Assembly: GCF_004010195.1 (NCBI RefSeq)
Contig: NC_057718.1
Location: 25,882,402-25,941,882, forward strand
DNA: 59,481 bases
Reading direction: 5' to 3'
From: Chiloscyllium plagiosum
Lineage: Eukaryota
The position numbers were made by a program, and so were the translations under genes. Of this stretch, positions 1 to 12,784 are shown piece by piece; position 1 is the first letter of the stretch; each line of letters starts with the position of its first letter. The notes below the pieces were generated by a model. That model searched no databases, was not told the origin of the DNA, and saw nothing but the letters and a program-made list of their open reading frames with translations.

Positions 1-1253
1 TTTGTGGAGGGCAGGTCGTGCCTCACAAACCTTATTGAATTCTTTGAAAAGGTGACGAAGGAGGTTGATGCGGGGAAAGCGGTAGATGTGGTATATATGG
101 ATTTTAGTAAGGCGTTTGATAAGGTTCCCCATGGTAGGCTATTGCAGAAAATACGGAGATATGGCATTGAGGGTGAGTTGGAGGTTTGGATTAGAAATTG
201 GCTGGATGGAAGAAGATAGAGGGTAGTAGTTGATGGCAAAGGTTCATCTTGGAGTGCCGTCACTAGCGGTGTTCCGCAAGGATCTGTTTTGGGACCATTG
301 CTGTTTGTCATTTTTATAAATGACCTGGAAGAGGGGTTAGAAGGTTGGGTGAGCAAGTTTGCGGATGATACGAAAGTCGGAGGAGTTGTTGACAGTGAGG
401 AAGGATGTGGCAGGTTACAGCAGGATATAGAGAAGCTGCAGAGCTGGGCAGAAAGGTGGCAAATGGAATTCAATGTAGCTAAGTGTGAGGTGATTCACTT
501 TGGGAAGAATAACAAAAAGATGGGGTACTGGGCTAATGGTCGGGTACTTGGTAGTGTGGATGAGCAGAGGGATCTTGGTGTCCATGTACACAAGTCTTTG
601 AAAGTTGCCACCCAGGTAAATAGTGCGGTGAGGAAGGCATATGGCGTACTGGCTTTTATTGGTAGAGGAATTGAGTTCCGGAGTACTGAGGTCATGTTGC
701 AGTTGTATAGGACTCTGGTGCGGCCGCATCTGGAGTATTGTGTGCAGTTTTGGTCGCCATACTATAGGAAGGATGTGGAGGCACTGGAACGGGTGCAGGG
801 GAGGTTTACCAGGATGTTGCCTGGTATGGTAGAAAGATCGTATGAGGAAAGGCTGAGGCACTTGGGGTTGTTTTTATTGGAGAAAAGAAGGTTTAGGGGT
901 GACTTGATAGAGGTGTATAAGATGATTAGGGGTTTAGATAGGGTAGACAGTGAGAATGTTTTTCCACGTATGGAGTCAGCTATTACAAGGGGTCATAGCT
1001 TTAAATTAAGGGGTGGTAGGTATAGGATAGATGTTAGGGGTAGGTTCTTTACTCAGCGTGTCGTGAGTTCATGGAATGCCCTGCCCGTGGCGGTGGTGGA
1101 CTCTCCCTCATTATGGGCATTTAAGCGGGCATTGGATAGGCATATGGAGGATAGTGGGCTAGTGTAGGTTAGGTGGGCTTGGATCGGCGCAACATCGAGG
1201 GCCAAAGGGCCTGTACTGCGCTGTATTCTTCTATGTTTTCTATGTTTCTATGT
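1..1253 (+). mobile_element. Young CR1 LINE, 3' part (ORF2 reverse transcriptase C-terminal half, 3' UTR and tail); runs off the window's left edge
   Basis: Translation shows CR1 RT motifs GRSCLTNL, YMDFSKAFDKVPH, GVPQGSVLGPLLF, KFADD (FADD at 358-369), RPHLEYCVQFWSP, RGDLIEVYK and FFTQRVV. One in-frame TAG at 217-219. Ends in a (TTCTATG)-type tail at about 1228-1253. Confidence 0.95.
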
Positions 1254-2138
1254 TCTCCCATATTCCTCCTGATGAGATGCTTTATCTGCATACTAACTTC
1301 TGTGACTCATGCACCACAACATTTAAAGCCCTCTACAACTTGGAGTTCCACAGTCAGTATCTATTTAAATAATATTCTGCTTCTTTCTGGCTAAGTGAAG
1401 AACTTCATAGTTTCTCACATTATATTCCATCTGCCAGGCTTTCCCCCACTCACTCAATCTAACTATATTTCTTTGCAACTTTCTCAAATCTTGCTGACAA
1501 CATACTTTTCTACCTACTTTCATGTTATGAAAATATTCCATTTGTTTTCCTTCGATCCAAATATCCTGTATTGGACTTCATTCTCCACAGTTTTACCCAC
1601 TCACTTTGACTACAGATGAAAAATTAATTCCCATGGACAGGCAACCACAGGCTGCTATCTACTTGGGCCATATGCCATTCCTCATTCCACATTCACTGTT
1701 TAGGTTGCACCCTGTGGTTCTGTTTGCGCCAGGAAATAAATCTGGTTTGCATAGTGCCATTTGAAAAAGCAGTGCATGAACTCGTTTCTCCCCCTGTGTC
1801 TTTTGTAATTTCCTACTCCCTATGACCTCTTCTAACTCAATTGTGAACACCTGCAGACTTGGATAAACATTTCAAATCAGAGAATGATTACAGCACCACA
1901 CAGGACCATACGGCTCTTTGGATCCAGGTTGGCTCTCTGCAAGAGCGCATTAACTGAACGCACATCCATGCCTTTTCTCCCTAGCCATGCAATTTCTTTT
2001 TCAATTCAAAGTTTAGAAACAGTCATGCTCAAGCTTGGTGCTTTCAAATGATGATTTTTCCATCAGAGATAGAAGAACTGGCAAAATTTCGAGGAAACAT
2101 TTTCTGTTCTCAAGCACGTTGTCTTGAAATAAAGCATA

Positions 2139-2535
2139 TTATAACAAATAGCTTAGATGATATTCAAGACCATAAGTGCTGGTGTTAGGCCAGATCATGA
2201 GCTTGTGTGACATACAGCGAGAAATGATCTGATCAGGGTAGTCATTATCCCAGAGAATTGCTTTGATGTGTCCATTTCCATCCTTGAGCTCGGACATTGA
2301 GCAAATGATTTGAGTCCTAAATATAAGGTTGGCAATAGTGTCTATTTTATAGTATGTGATACTGTAGATATCCTCGCACATGATCAGTGAAGGTATGCTT
2401 GTCGTGCACAGTACAAGAGATCTCCCTGACTGATTTCTCACCAAGGATGTCACAGAAAGGGAGCTCAATTGACTGCTCCATTTCAAAGATGAATTTGAGA
2501 GCAAGATGGAGCCTATGAAAACATTTGGTGTTCAC
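2139..2535 (-). mobile_element. Penelope-like element, degraded RT C-terminal fragment
   Basis: Minus-strand peptides LHLALKFIFEMEQSIELPFCDIL..K and IKAILWDNDYPDQII resemble the PLE RT thumb region (LHP.LKFT.E.E....LPFLDV; L..NGYP). Confidence 0.75.
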
Positions 2536-2559
2536 TATTAATAGGATGAAGCTGTCAAA

Positions 2560-3190
2560 TCAAAAAATATTCTACCTATCAAACAATTGGCTAATATGGT
2601 TTATGAATTTCTGTACAAATGTGATACTAGATACATAAGCCATAAAGCCAAACGTTTCGAAGATCAGAACAAACAGCTTATCCCTGCAGCTGTTTGCAAC
2701 AAACAAGATACCAAGCATACCCAACCAGTCTATACTTACAACACTCACATTGCAGTGTCCACATTAGATGTGATTCTACTATTGGACAACATTGCTAAAT
2801 AATCCTTACAGTGGCAAATATGCATCTACTGGCTGCTACATATGTTATTATACAGTGGCCACCTTTCTGAAGACAGAAGAGCATGAACACACCATGTACT
2901 TGTTTTGAGTCAACAAAATAGGGAACAACTATCCTCTGCTTCAATATTTAGGGCAATGTCTTGACAAATCAGAGTCAACTTGCTGGTTTACAGCTTAAAA
3001 TTTAAGAAAGGTTAATGTTAACTATCAGTCCTCATTATCGAGTACATTGTCCATGGTAACAACTCTACTGGAGTCCACTTGCCAACCAATCACTCTTTTC
3101 CACCCATACAGTATAGATAATATTTTCCTTTTCCATTAGTGTTTCTTGCAAATTGTCCTGATGAGTGCATGATGAAAAGCTTCAACAAAA
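2560..3190 (+). mobile_element. Penelope-like element, degraded GIY-YIG endonuclease and 3' terminus with hammerhead-like motif
   Basis: NMVYEFLYKCDTRYI...RFEDQNKQLIP resembles the PLE GIY-YIG region. The terminus contains CTGATGA-gtgcatgat-GAAA-AGCTTC at 3158-3183. Confidence 0.7.
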
Positions 3191-4487
3191 TTTGCCTTTT
3201 CCCATTGTAGTTCCTAGGATTAATACTACCAGATGACTGTAGATTACTTAAACTTAATATTCCCAATTTAATTCAAACTAATACTTATTGATTAAAACTA
3301 AAACAAGATAGCTTATCCATTTTAAAAAAAAATGTAATTCTGACTTTGTTTCTTTAGGCACCTTTTCATATGACTATAATTAAACTATAGGTGGAAAAAT
3401 AAAACTGAACATAAAGATTACTGTCACAGTTAAATAAAACTTTCAACAATACTAGACCAAAAGTAAATTAAAGACAGACACCATCTTCTTAAACAGATAC
3501 CGCTATGACCTTGCAAACTTTAATTAATTAATTGCTTTGGAAAAAAAAATATTATATTACATTTTAAAACAAAGTTTCTGGTTTGTGTGTTATCCTTATT
3601 TAAAATCTATTTTGCAACTATGGAAAGGGACCTATAATTTTGTAGAAGATAAGCTTCAGCCTTGAAGCTGTGAAAATATTTGGCAAAAATGCAATTTTGA
3701 CTGTTCAAATCATTTTGTTTTAATTTGACTTGAGTTGTTTTTTGAAAAGCTGTTATTCTTTTATTGTTTGATGACATTTCTTATTGACGATTTATGTGTG
3801 AGGCTTAGAAACAGACATTAGCAATTGGAAATTGGTTCAAGGGAGGAAGAAGATAGAAGGAGATATGGAAATGTTATTTTTCATTTTATAGCCACGTAAT
3901 CTCAAATTCAAATGAGTATAGTCAACACTAATATTAAAATATACACAATTAGTCAGACTTAGAAGTTGGTAGCAAATGGTCACTGGTAGGTCATGGAGTT
4001 GCCATTATGAGTGACAGTTAACTTCCAAGTTTTGGTTACATTTAAACCAGGAAGTTTGACTGTGATTCGTCAAGGAATTGCTCTAAGGAATGAACCAGCG
4101 AATGGCTGTCATCTATTTTGTTACATTCAATCAGGTGCGAGATGTGTACATTTTCTGTCCATCTGCAAAGAGCGGGACTTTATATTAATATATGTACCTA
4201 CCAGCAATGTTCCCTCTAAACTGCTTAGATGCAAGAATATGCAGCCACTCCAATGATCCAAGTACAGCAATTGACGTCGGCACACCAAATGCAGCATAGA
4301 CATCTGGTTCCACAAGTCACTGCTGTGTACAAGCCTTGGAAGTCCACATTGCCATTAAGAAAATTAGAGGGATTGCTGCCTTCCAATACACGCAAATGTA
4401 GCTCACTGCAAACCTGACTGACAAGCATACAATCAGTCAGCGTAATTCCTCCCAACCCAGTGATAATCACTCCCAACCTATTTTGTT

Positions 4488-4762
4488 AGGCAGAAGATAC
4501 AGAAGCCTAAACATATGTATCAACAGATTCAAGAACAGCTTCTTTCCCTCTATTATTAAACTTCTGAATGAACTTCTCAAATTTCAAATGTAATGTTGAT
4601 CTTGCTTTTTGCGCACCTTCTTTGCATCTGTAAATTTGTATTCCTCGCTCTGTTCTATCACCCTATGATCTTTGTATGGTATGATCTACCTGTATTGCAT
4701 GCAAAACAAAACACTTCACTGTACCTATGTACATGTGACAATAACAAATCAAATCAAATCAC
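4488..4762 (+). mobile_element. Rex1/Babar-type LINE 3' end
   Basis: GRRYRSL....NRFKNSFFP.II.LLN C-terminal motif, followed by a 3' UTR ending in (TCAAA)n. Confidence 0.7.
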
Positions 4763-5094
4763 ATTAAATTATTAGCACTTTTTACGATTATTTAGCAAAT
4801 GTCTAATTGCAGAATCACATTTAATTTTGGACATTGCGCTTTGAGTTTGCAAGTATAGTTTATCTGTTATGGACAGCCAAAGGAACATGTCATTTGATAT
4901 GATCTACCAATCTTTAGGATGTACAACCTACAAAGCTAGCATCACACTGACACTGACATTCTTGCTCCATATTGTTTCATTGTGTCATAAGCAAAATGTC
5001 CTTTCTGCTCGAAGACGGCATCCTGTTAGTGACAAACACCACACAACTTGCTATTGCATAGTAGCAGGATTGAGCGGTTTGCACAAATGAGTAA

Positions 5095-5460
5095 TATTGC
5101 ATGTGCATTTTAGTGCTAGTGTGATGCTAGATATACAGACAGCACATTCAAAGACAGGAAATTCATTGAACAGCATGTCTGTTTGTCTGATCACAGCACG
5201 AAGAACTCAAAGCACAATGTACATTAAATGCGATGCTGTGATTGGACAACACTTGCTAAATAATCATGGTGTCCCAAGAATTGTGATGACCTCAAATTAT
5301 TGTTACAATTTAAGATTGTCAATTGGTCTTGTAGCGTGATGCAGTTACATTCGCTTGCAGTTACCTATACTAATTTACGGTGCCCTGTTGTTTAGAGACA
5401 GAAAGGACACGTGCACACATCGCACCTGTCACAGCCTAATAAAATGGGCACAACCTTTCT
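5095..5460 (+). mobile_element. Degraded Penelope-like GIY-YIG fragment related to 2560-3190
   Basis: Shares the TGTGATGCTAGATAT (CDARY) block and the ATTGGACAACACTTGCTAAATAATC block with the 2560-2810 copy. Confidence 0.55.
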
Positions 5461-5550
5461 CTGAAACAAAAACACAAATTGCTAGAGAAGCTCAGCAGGA
5501 CTGACTGCATCTGTGGAGAGAAAGCAAAGTCAGCATTTCAGCTGTAGCAA
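5461..5550. repeat. Short Penelope-derived terminal repeat (AAAAACAGAAATTGCTGG family)
   Basis: Similar blocks recur at about 9325-9420, 10801-10960, 11680-11802, 23480-23660 and 25420-25520. Confidence 0.55.
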
Positions 5551-5628
5551 TTCTTTGGTTCTCTGGTTCATTCTCTAGTTCATTTCTCAGGGCAGTCAGT
5601 CAACTTCCCCAGTTTAAGTGTAAATTAT

Positions 5629-5935
5629 GGCATGATGGTACAGTGGTTAGCACTGCTGCCTCACAGCACCAGGGACCCAGGTTTGATTCCAGCCTCAGGC
5701 GACTGTCTGTGTGAGTTTGCACATTCTCCCTGTGTCTGCGTGGGTTTCCTCTGGGTGCTCTGGTTTCCTCCCACAGTCCAAAGATGTGCAGGTCAGGTGA
5801 ATTGGCCATGCTAAATTGCCCATAGTGTTAGGTGCATTAGTCAGAGGGAAATGGGTCTGGGTGGGTTACTCTTTGGAGGGTCGGTGTGTACTTGTTGGGC
5901 CGAAGGGCCTGTTTGCACACTGTAGGGAATCTAAT
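5629..5935 (+). mobile_element. HE1-type tRNA-derived SINE (V-SINE)
   Basis: A-box-like TGGTACAGTGGTTAGCACTGCTGCCTCACAGC and B-box-like GGTTTGATTCC, central GAGTTTGCACATTCTCCC..GGGTTTCCTC domain, and CR1-like tail GGGCCGAAGGGCCTGTTT. Confidence 0.9.
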
Positions 5936-6296
5936 GTTTCTCTCAAAAGTTACAAATTCAAAATTACAACATTTTATATTATGTACTGATTCCCCAGCTC
6001 AAGAAGCAAATAGTTTTCAATAATTTCACAATCAAGCATGATTCAAGTTTCCCACAAAAATACACACATGGACAGACAAAACCAATAACAAATTTATGTT
6101 TCCAACATAAAAAGGTCAGACAATGAGGGTTAATGACATTACTTCTGCAGAAAAGAACATGGGCGTGCACCGAAAGGAAATGCCTTGCATCTCATGATTT
6201 CTGGTACCTCATGGTTCTTGGCACATCCAATATTATGTGGTTCAGTATAAGAGGTGTTTGAGATACTTGATTGGCATCTATCCTCTTTTGTGGACA

Positions 6297-6412
6297 TGAT
6301 TTGGAGATGCCGGTGTTGGACTGGAGTGGACAAAGTTAAAAATCACACAACACCAGGTTATAGTCCAACAGGTTTAACTGAAAGCGCTAGTTTTCAGAGC
6401 GCTGCTCCTTCT
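6297..6412 (-). mobile_element. Penelope-derived terminal fragment (AAAATCACACAACACCAGG family)
   Basis: Same sequence as the termini at 30204, 35547 and 48728; hammerhead-like part truncated. Confidence 0.7.
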
Positions 6413-6704
6413 GCGATTCCTTCAAGATTCTCGCTCTTCAGCACTCTCATAGTTTCATTTCTCAGTACTGAAATCTTCCTTTCCTTATCTTTCTTTCCTG
6501 AACACCTAATGTCGAGGAATATTTAATACCCAATACTACCTTTTTATTAAATTCAGGTCTCTGTTATCTTCATCTTATGGTGTTTCATTGTGGTTATCTG
6601 TGTCTATAGATCAATATTCTTACTTAACATGCTTTATCTGCTCACATGCATGCAGTCTACACCTTGATTTATAACATTTGTGTATAAATCCAGTAGGTGT
6701 GGTG

Positions 6705-7050
6705 AAAAGACTGCTACCTCACAGTACCAGGGTCCTGGGTTCCATTCCATAACCATCACCCCCTCCCCTCCGCCACCCCTGGGCGACTGTGTGGCGTTTG
6801 CACATTCTCCCGATATATGTGTGGGATTCCTCTAAGTGCTCTGGTTTCTTCCCACAGTCCAAAGATATGCAGGTTTGGTGGTTGATTGGCCATGCTAAAT
6901 GGCCCATTTATCGAGGTATATTAGCTATGACAAATGCAGGGTTACAGGGATAGGGTAGGACATTGGGTTTGGGTGGGATTGTCTTTGGAGGGTCGGTGTG
7001 GATGCGATGGGATGAATGGTTTGCTGCCACACTGTAGGGATTCTATGATT
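6705..7050 (+). mobile_element. HE1-type SINE, diverged
   Basis: Colinear with the other HE1 copies; ends GGGATTCTATGATTC. Confidence 0.8.
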
Positions 7051-10000
7051 CAAGGTATCTGAGAAACCCACATGTCACATCTCATCAGTTGGAGACTCTA
7101 CCTCCCAAACAATTACCAGTCCTGAACACTTTGTCAGCCTCTTAAGAGCTCAAATTCATTCGGCTCCAAAATTAATTCTACAGTCTGCCTGCAATTTCAA
7201 TGGTGGTTGATGCTCAAGTCCTGTGCACTGACAGGGATTCTGCACTGTATCCACAATTCATACAAACGCAGTCCTTGTAATTAGCCGTAGTCCACAATGG
7301 ACCACAGATTACGTGAAGGACCTTTATACCAGTTAGTATTGTTCTTTACCACGGTCCCACTATTAAGCTCACCAACTCGAGCAAATCTAGTCCTGACCTG
7401 AGGAAAATGGTTTAAAAGGCTCATTCGAACTTTCCTGCAGTCGGCTAGGAAAATTGGAGTTTCAGGATTTTATGTGGTTCATCAAATGAATCCAATTCAA
7501 ATCCTGGTTATTGTTATTCGCATAGAATTGTCTCTAACTTTACACTATTTGACAATAAATTGACAATTTCATTCAAACGTGCTACAGAATAGGTAGAGTG
7601 GGAAAAGAAAAATGGTCTTGTTAATTCATTAGACAACTTGAGGTGCTTGAAGATTTACATTGTTAAGGCAGAGTAAACAGGTTTATAGTTTGGTTTTGGC
7701 TTGTGCTTTGCTTAGCTTAAGATTATTGACGTTGACTCTTGCGTAAATGTATTAGAATGTGTTCTCTCATTGGAAATTAATGTCTTCCACTGCAATTAGC
7801 ACACAGCTATCGTCTCCACCTATGACAAATCAAAAAAGTCAAGCTACCACTCAAGAGGGACTGTGTAAACCTAATGGTAGGAAGTTCCAGAAAGTGAGGG
7901 TGTGTTAAACAATCTCTCTAGAACCAAAGAAGCTCTTTATAAGTGCTCTGCTGCCAGTTAATCATATTGGATCTGTCAGACCGAATGACAATACTGTGGT
8001 GTTGCAGTCCAAAATTGAGTTTATCCTCAGACAAGTTATAAAATGGATGAAATTGTACAAAACAGATTAAATTCTGTAATCGGACATCAATTGTGACAAC
8101 AAAAATTCCATCTTAGAAATAAACAGCAACTGACTTTTCCTCCTTTCAAATAATAGGTTTAAGTGGGGTTTTTTTAACCAAAAATGACAGATTTAACAAA
8201 CTAAGTAGGTCTTTATTATAGCATGAAAAAGCAATTGCAGTGATTTGGCAGAGAATGCAGAAATTTCTTGAATTTTTGTCATCACAGTTGGCAAGCTAGC
8301 AGAGAAGTCAGCAGGCTAGAAAACAATCATTCAATATATTTGGAGTCTTCACAGCATTGGTACTGCAGTTAGTTTTAAGGTTATTATACCAGTGATGTAC
8401 TCTTAGTCATAATATAGAGTTTGTGATATTCTAATCAGCACCACATATTTCCGTAGGATGTTTGGACCAGATGTTAACAACTACCAAAATTTCCTTCCAA
8501 ACTTCTCCCCTGGTGTCATGAACATACAGCATTCCCGTGAGTTAAGATATTGATGAGTGGTATATGCTGTTTGAGTAAGTGCCAATGAAAGGGCTGGATG
8601 AGTGGTGTCTGTGGGAAAGAAAGGAGTTGATTGAGGAGGGTCACAGAGGCATGAGTGTCCAGATCATTTAAACGAATACACTATGTTGCAATCAGGATCA
8701 GGTTCATTGACTAATATCGATTTGACTTAGGTGGTATTACCCTTATCAATGCAAGGTTCAAGGCTTGGTGCAGAATATAATTTGGAATGATACTTCGGTG
8801 TTTTATTAGGAGGGCATTGTAGCATTTGATTTAGCTGACACACTAATCTGTGGAACTATTTTCCCAGTTTGATTGCGAATGGTTCCATTTTAAAGCACAG
8901 AAAGGAGCTTTTTTGACAAATATTCTGGCTCAATCAATAGCAATGGACACTTGTGTGTAAAATGACTGATATTTTCTGCCGAAAATAGACACTGTACTTC
9001 AGAATTCATTATTGTGAAATGCTTAGAGATATGCTATATAAAGACAATTGTTGCTTAATTATTATTTCTCCCTGCTAATTCAAACAATCTTATCCCCAAC
9101 GTAATGCTTTTGTCTCAGATGGGTTTACCAAACTCAATGCAGGAAATGAAGAACTTTAGACTTTCCAGGCTAAATGCAGCATGCTTATAATTGATGACAA
9201 GTCTAAACCCTGTGTCCACTTCACAGAGATGTCCTCCCTGACCTATTACTTAGTCACCACACTGAGCAATTCTATAACCATCATGAATACAACTCCTTCC
9301 ACCTCCTCATCAAAAGTAACTTTCGACCAAAAACATGAACTCTATGCCTCTCTCTGTGGATGCTGCCAGACTTGTGGAGTTTCTCAGAGCATTTAGTTTT
9401 CCTTTCACATTTCCAGCAAATTCCATATTTTATCATCCTGCCTTGTCAATGTTGGTGTACTTTGCAAACCGTGACCTTGTGTTGCTTTCCAGAGACAATA
9501 GTGATTATGCCTGATGGGGGAGATAAAGCAAAAACTATCAATGCAGGAAATGTGAATAAAAGCTGATTGCTGAAATGTGCAGCAAGTGAGCTAGAATTTG
9601 AAAGGGAAGAGCAGTTTGCTGTTTCATTTGTGCATTCTCTTCAAGGTTTGCATCCATTTTTAACTTTCACTTCCTAATAGACTGTGTATGTATTTCCAGC
9701 TTTTTCTGTTTTTATTATTCTGTGCGTGATCTTCAGGAAGATGGGACTAGATGAGAAAGTGGAAAGACAAATCACTGAGGAAGCTAGCATGTTCAATGTT
9801 GCCACTCATTTCATGTTGAATAGAGCAATCTGTCTAAAAGTGTCTTAAGACCAACTGGGAGTGCAAAATCAACTTCTTTCGATGTCCTATAATTTGGAGG
9901 TTTCAGTTAATGTGCAGGTACATCATTGATCAAGCAATGATCCAGACTCCTGTCCAGTTGATGGCATAGGTGTAGGCATTAATCTTACTAACCATTTATT

Positions 10001-10800
10001 ATCTAACAGTAAACCTTGATAAAACCTGGGACATCGTCACTTGGCTGCTTTTTGAGTTGACAAATTATATGTTATATGGACACCGACAGAGGGAGAATCA
10101 GTATACCTATATCCATGTGAGACTCATAATAAAAAGCAGTACATTCGCTTTCATCAGTGGAACTCAAAATCCACATTTGAATAAGGCAATTGACTTGTAA
10201 AGTAAGAGCTGTGGAGGGTGACATCATTTTCTCTGAGTGATGCCTGAGTTGAGTGCATTTAATTTGTATAAGTAACTGTTTATTAAAAGTTTATTGCATG
10301 ATATTTTGTTTCAAGTATTTAATTGCTTTCCTTTCCATTGCAAAACCTGAAGATTCATACTGATTTAAAAATGAAGCAAAGGTTTCATTTGAATGCACCC
10401 TCGAGGGGAGGCTGTATAATGATGTACAGATGTCTGTACATAGGCTGTGTATATAATGTGCACAGAATGGGTTGTGGATAATCTTTTTGGCATGTTTAGA
10501 TAGATAACACTCACTTATATGCAGATTGAAGCAGATTTTCTTTCTGTTCTGATAGTTTTTTTTTCTTGACTTTATCCATTAAACAATTTGGGAGCATGTG
10601 GCAGCACTCCAGTCAGTGTTGGAAATGAGATAAATGAGTTTTGCTGAACACATTGGCGTACAAATTTAGCCACACAGCTTCAACACTGGCATTTACTTGG
10701 CAACATAATCATTTCCTCAGGTATGTGCTATCTTCAAAAAGACAGACAAATCCAACCCAGACCATTCACTAAGAATCAGAAGAATTGCAATGCTTTTAAT

Positions 10801-10962
10801 CAGAAACAAAAACAGAAGTTGCTGGAAAAGCTCAACAGGTCTGGCAGCATCTGAGTTCCAGTCCTGACGAATGGTATCCAGACCCAAAATGTTAACTCTG
10901 ATTTCTCTTCACAGATACTGCCAGTGCTGCTGAGCTTTTCCAGCAACTTCTGTTTTTGTTCC
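10801..10962. repeat. Palindromic Penelope-derived element
   Basis: Left arm AACAAAAACAGAAGTTGCTGGAAAAGCTCA and right arm TGAGCTTTTCCAGCAACTTCTGTTTTTGTT are reverse complements; degenerate CTGACGA...AAAATGTTAAC lies between them. Confidence 0.7.
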
Positions 10963-11239
10963 AGGCCACTTCCTGTTCTATCAGCCCACTCTCAATCAGC
11001 AATGAAGGAATGAAAGGAGTCAACAAAACCAATGTTAATTGGCAGTTATTCATCAATAAACTGCTCACTGATGTTCATTTTGAGTTCATCTTGAACCAGT
11101 TAGTTCCAAATCTAATTGTAGCCTTAGTCCAAATATGAATGTAGTTGAGGCAAATGAATGCCCTTACTATCCATCTAATGTTTAACTGAGTGGGGCACCA
11201 GTGACACTGGTCACTGGGGGCTGGGAAAAGACTTTCCAG

Positions 11240-12355
11240 TGACTGCAGTCATGCCTGGCACAATGAAGTGTAGTCTTAGTTGTTGGAGGCCAATCATTTC
11301 AATCTGAAAACATTATCAAAGGAGCTCCTCAGGGCAACACATTGAATTGAATTGTCTTCAGCTGCTTCATCAAACACCGTGACCATTACCTAAAGATCAG
11401 AAGTGGGGCTTATGGCTGATGATTTTTTAACTTGGAGACAGTTAAGGGACATAAATATCAAGGATTAGCTATGACAGAACAGGCTAAAGGGGCCCACTTA
11501 TTGTTGCACATTATGTTTCTCAGAATGAACCAACCAATACTCACAAATATCAAGAGCTGGCCATTATTCAAACTTGGGTTGGTTTGTGGCAAGTAACATT
11601 TGCGCCACACATTTCTTTCGGATAATGATCATCTAAGAACACTCAGAGCCTAACCATCAATGACATTAATGAAATAAAACAGAACTGTAGTTGCTGGAGA
11701 CTTGAAACAAAAACAGAAATTACTGGCTAAACTCAGCAGGTCTGGCAGCATCTGTGGGAAGAAAGCAGAGTTAATGCTTAGAGTCTGGTGACTCTTCATC
11801 AGTGACATTGGTGTTGCCATTTCCCCATCACATCCTGGGTATCACTTGCACCACTTAGAAGGCACAAGGCAAGAATGTGATGGAATACTCCCATTTGTCT
11901 AATGGGTGCAGCAGTAACAACGCTCAAGGAATTCAAAACAATTCAAGACAAAGTAATCACAGGCACTCAAAGCCACCGACCAATCTATAGACCAATCTCC
12001 CTCTGACCATGGCTGCAGTATGTCCTATGTATATATACTTTACCCCAGCAATTCGTGAAATGTTCTTTAACAGCACTCCCAAACCTGCAATCCACAGCAT
12101 CTGAAAGGATAAGGGCAGCACATGGATGGGTATAAAATGCCCCCAAATCTCAATTCATCTACCTTGAACACATTGTCAGCATTCCTTTATCATCATTGAA
12201 TCAAACTGTTGGAATCTTTATGTGAAGTTTTTTGGAAGTTCTCCCTGCGCAAACTCCGGTAGTTTAAGAAGAAGGCCCACCACCCCTTGTCCAAGCCCTT
12301 GGGGGTGAGCAACAAATGTTGGTCATGCCAGTACCACCTACATTCCAAATAATTA
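11240..12355 (+). mobile_element. Old CR1-clade LINE relic (same family as 40345-40980), interrupted
   Basis: GxPQG-like remnant, CTTCAGCTGCTTCATCAA, GTGATGGAATACTCCC, and a tail AACAAATGTTGG..GCCAG..CACATTCC homologous to 40345-40980. Confidence 0.55.
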
Positions 12356-12784
12356 AATAAAACCTTATTTCATCTGCCCATTATCTCCTCACGAAAAACC
12401 CTCAGCTCCAACTTTCTGGGAGAAGTGCTAAAACGGAGATGTGAAGCCAATTCAGTAGTTGGCTGTCATAAATTCGATTATCAATCCTAACGGTAAATCT
12501 AACTGGCTCAGAATGCCTCAGTACTATTATTTATTATCTTCCCTGATTTATTCATATTGTGTGATCTGTCTTATTTCCAGGTGTTGTATAACTAGGGTGG
12601 TAAATACTAAATACTGGGTGCAAGCAATCAAAGTCAGGAACATGTAACAAATCAAAGAGTGGAGTCAAGGGAGACAGTTACTAATATGGGAAATGATAAG
12701 CCAATTGTAAGAGATAGAGAGTATAAATCTAAGAGTGAATCAACAGGTAAGGCTAGAGGTTACAAAAAGAATTCAAGACAAAGC

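Noticed and set aside
289..1167. 292-aa ORF as a host gene or functional RT
   Set aside because: It is the C-terminal part of CR1 ORF2, with an upstream in-frame stop at 217-219.
5629..5705. tRNA gene-like A/B boxes
   Set aside because: These are SINE heads; no cloverleaf or acceptor stem, and they continue into the HE1 body.
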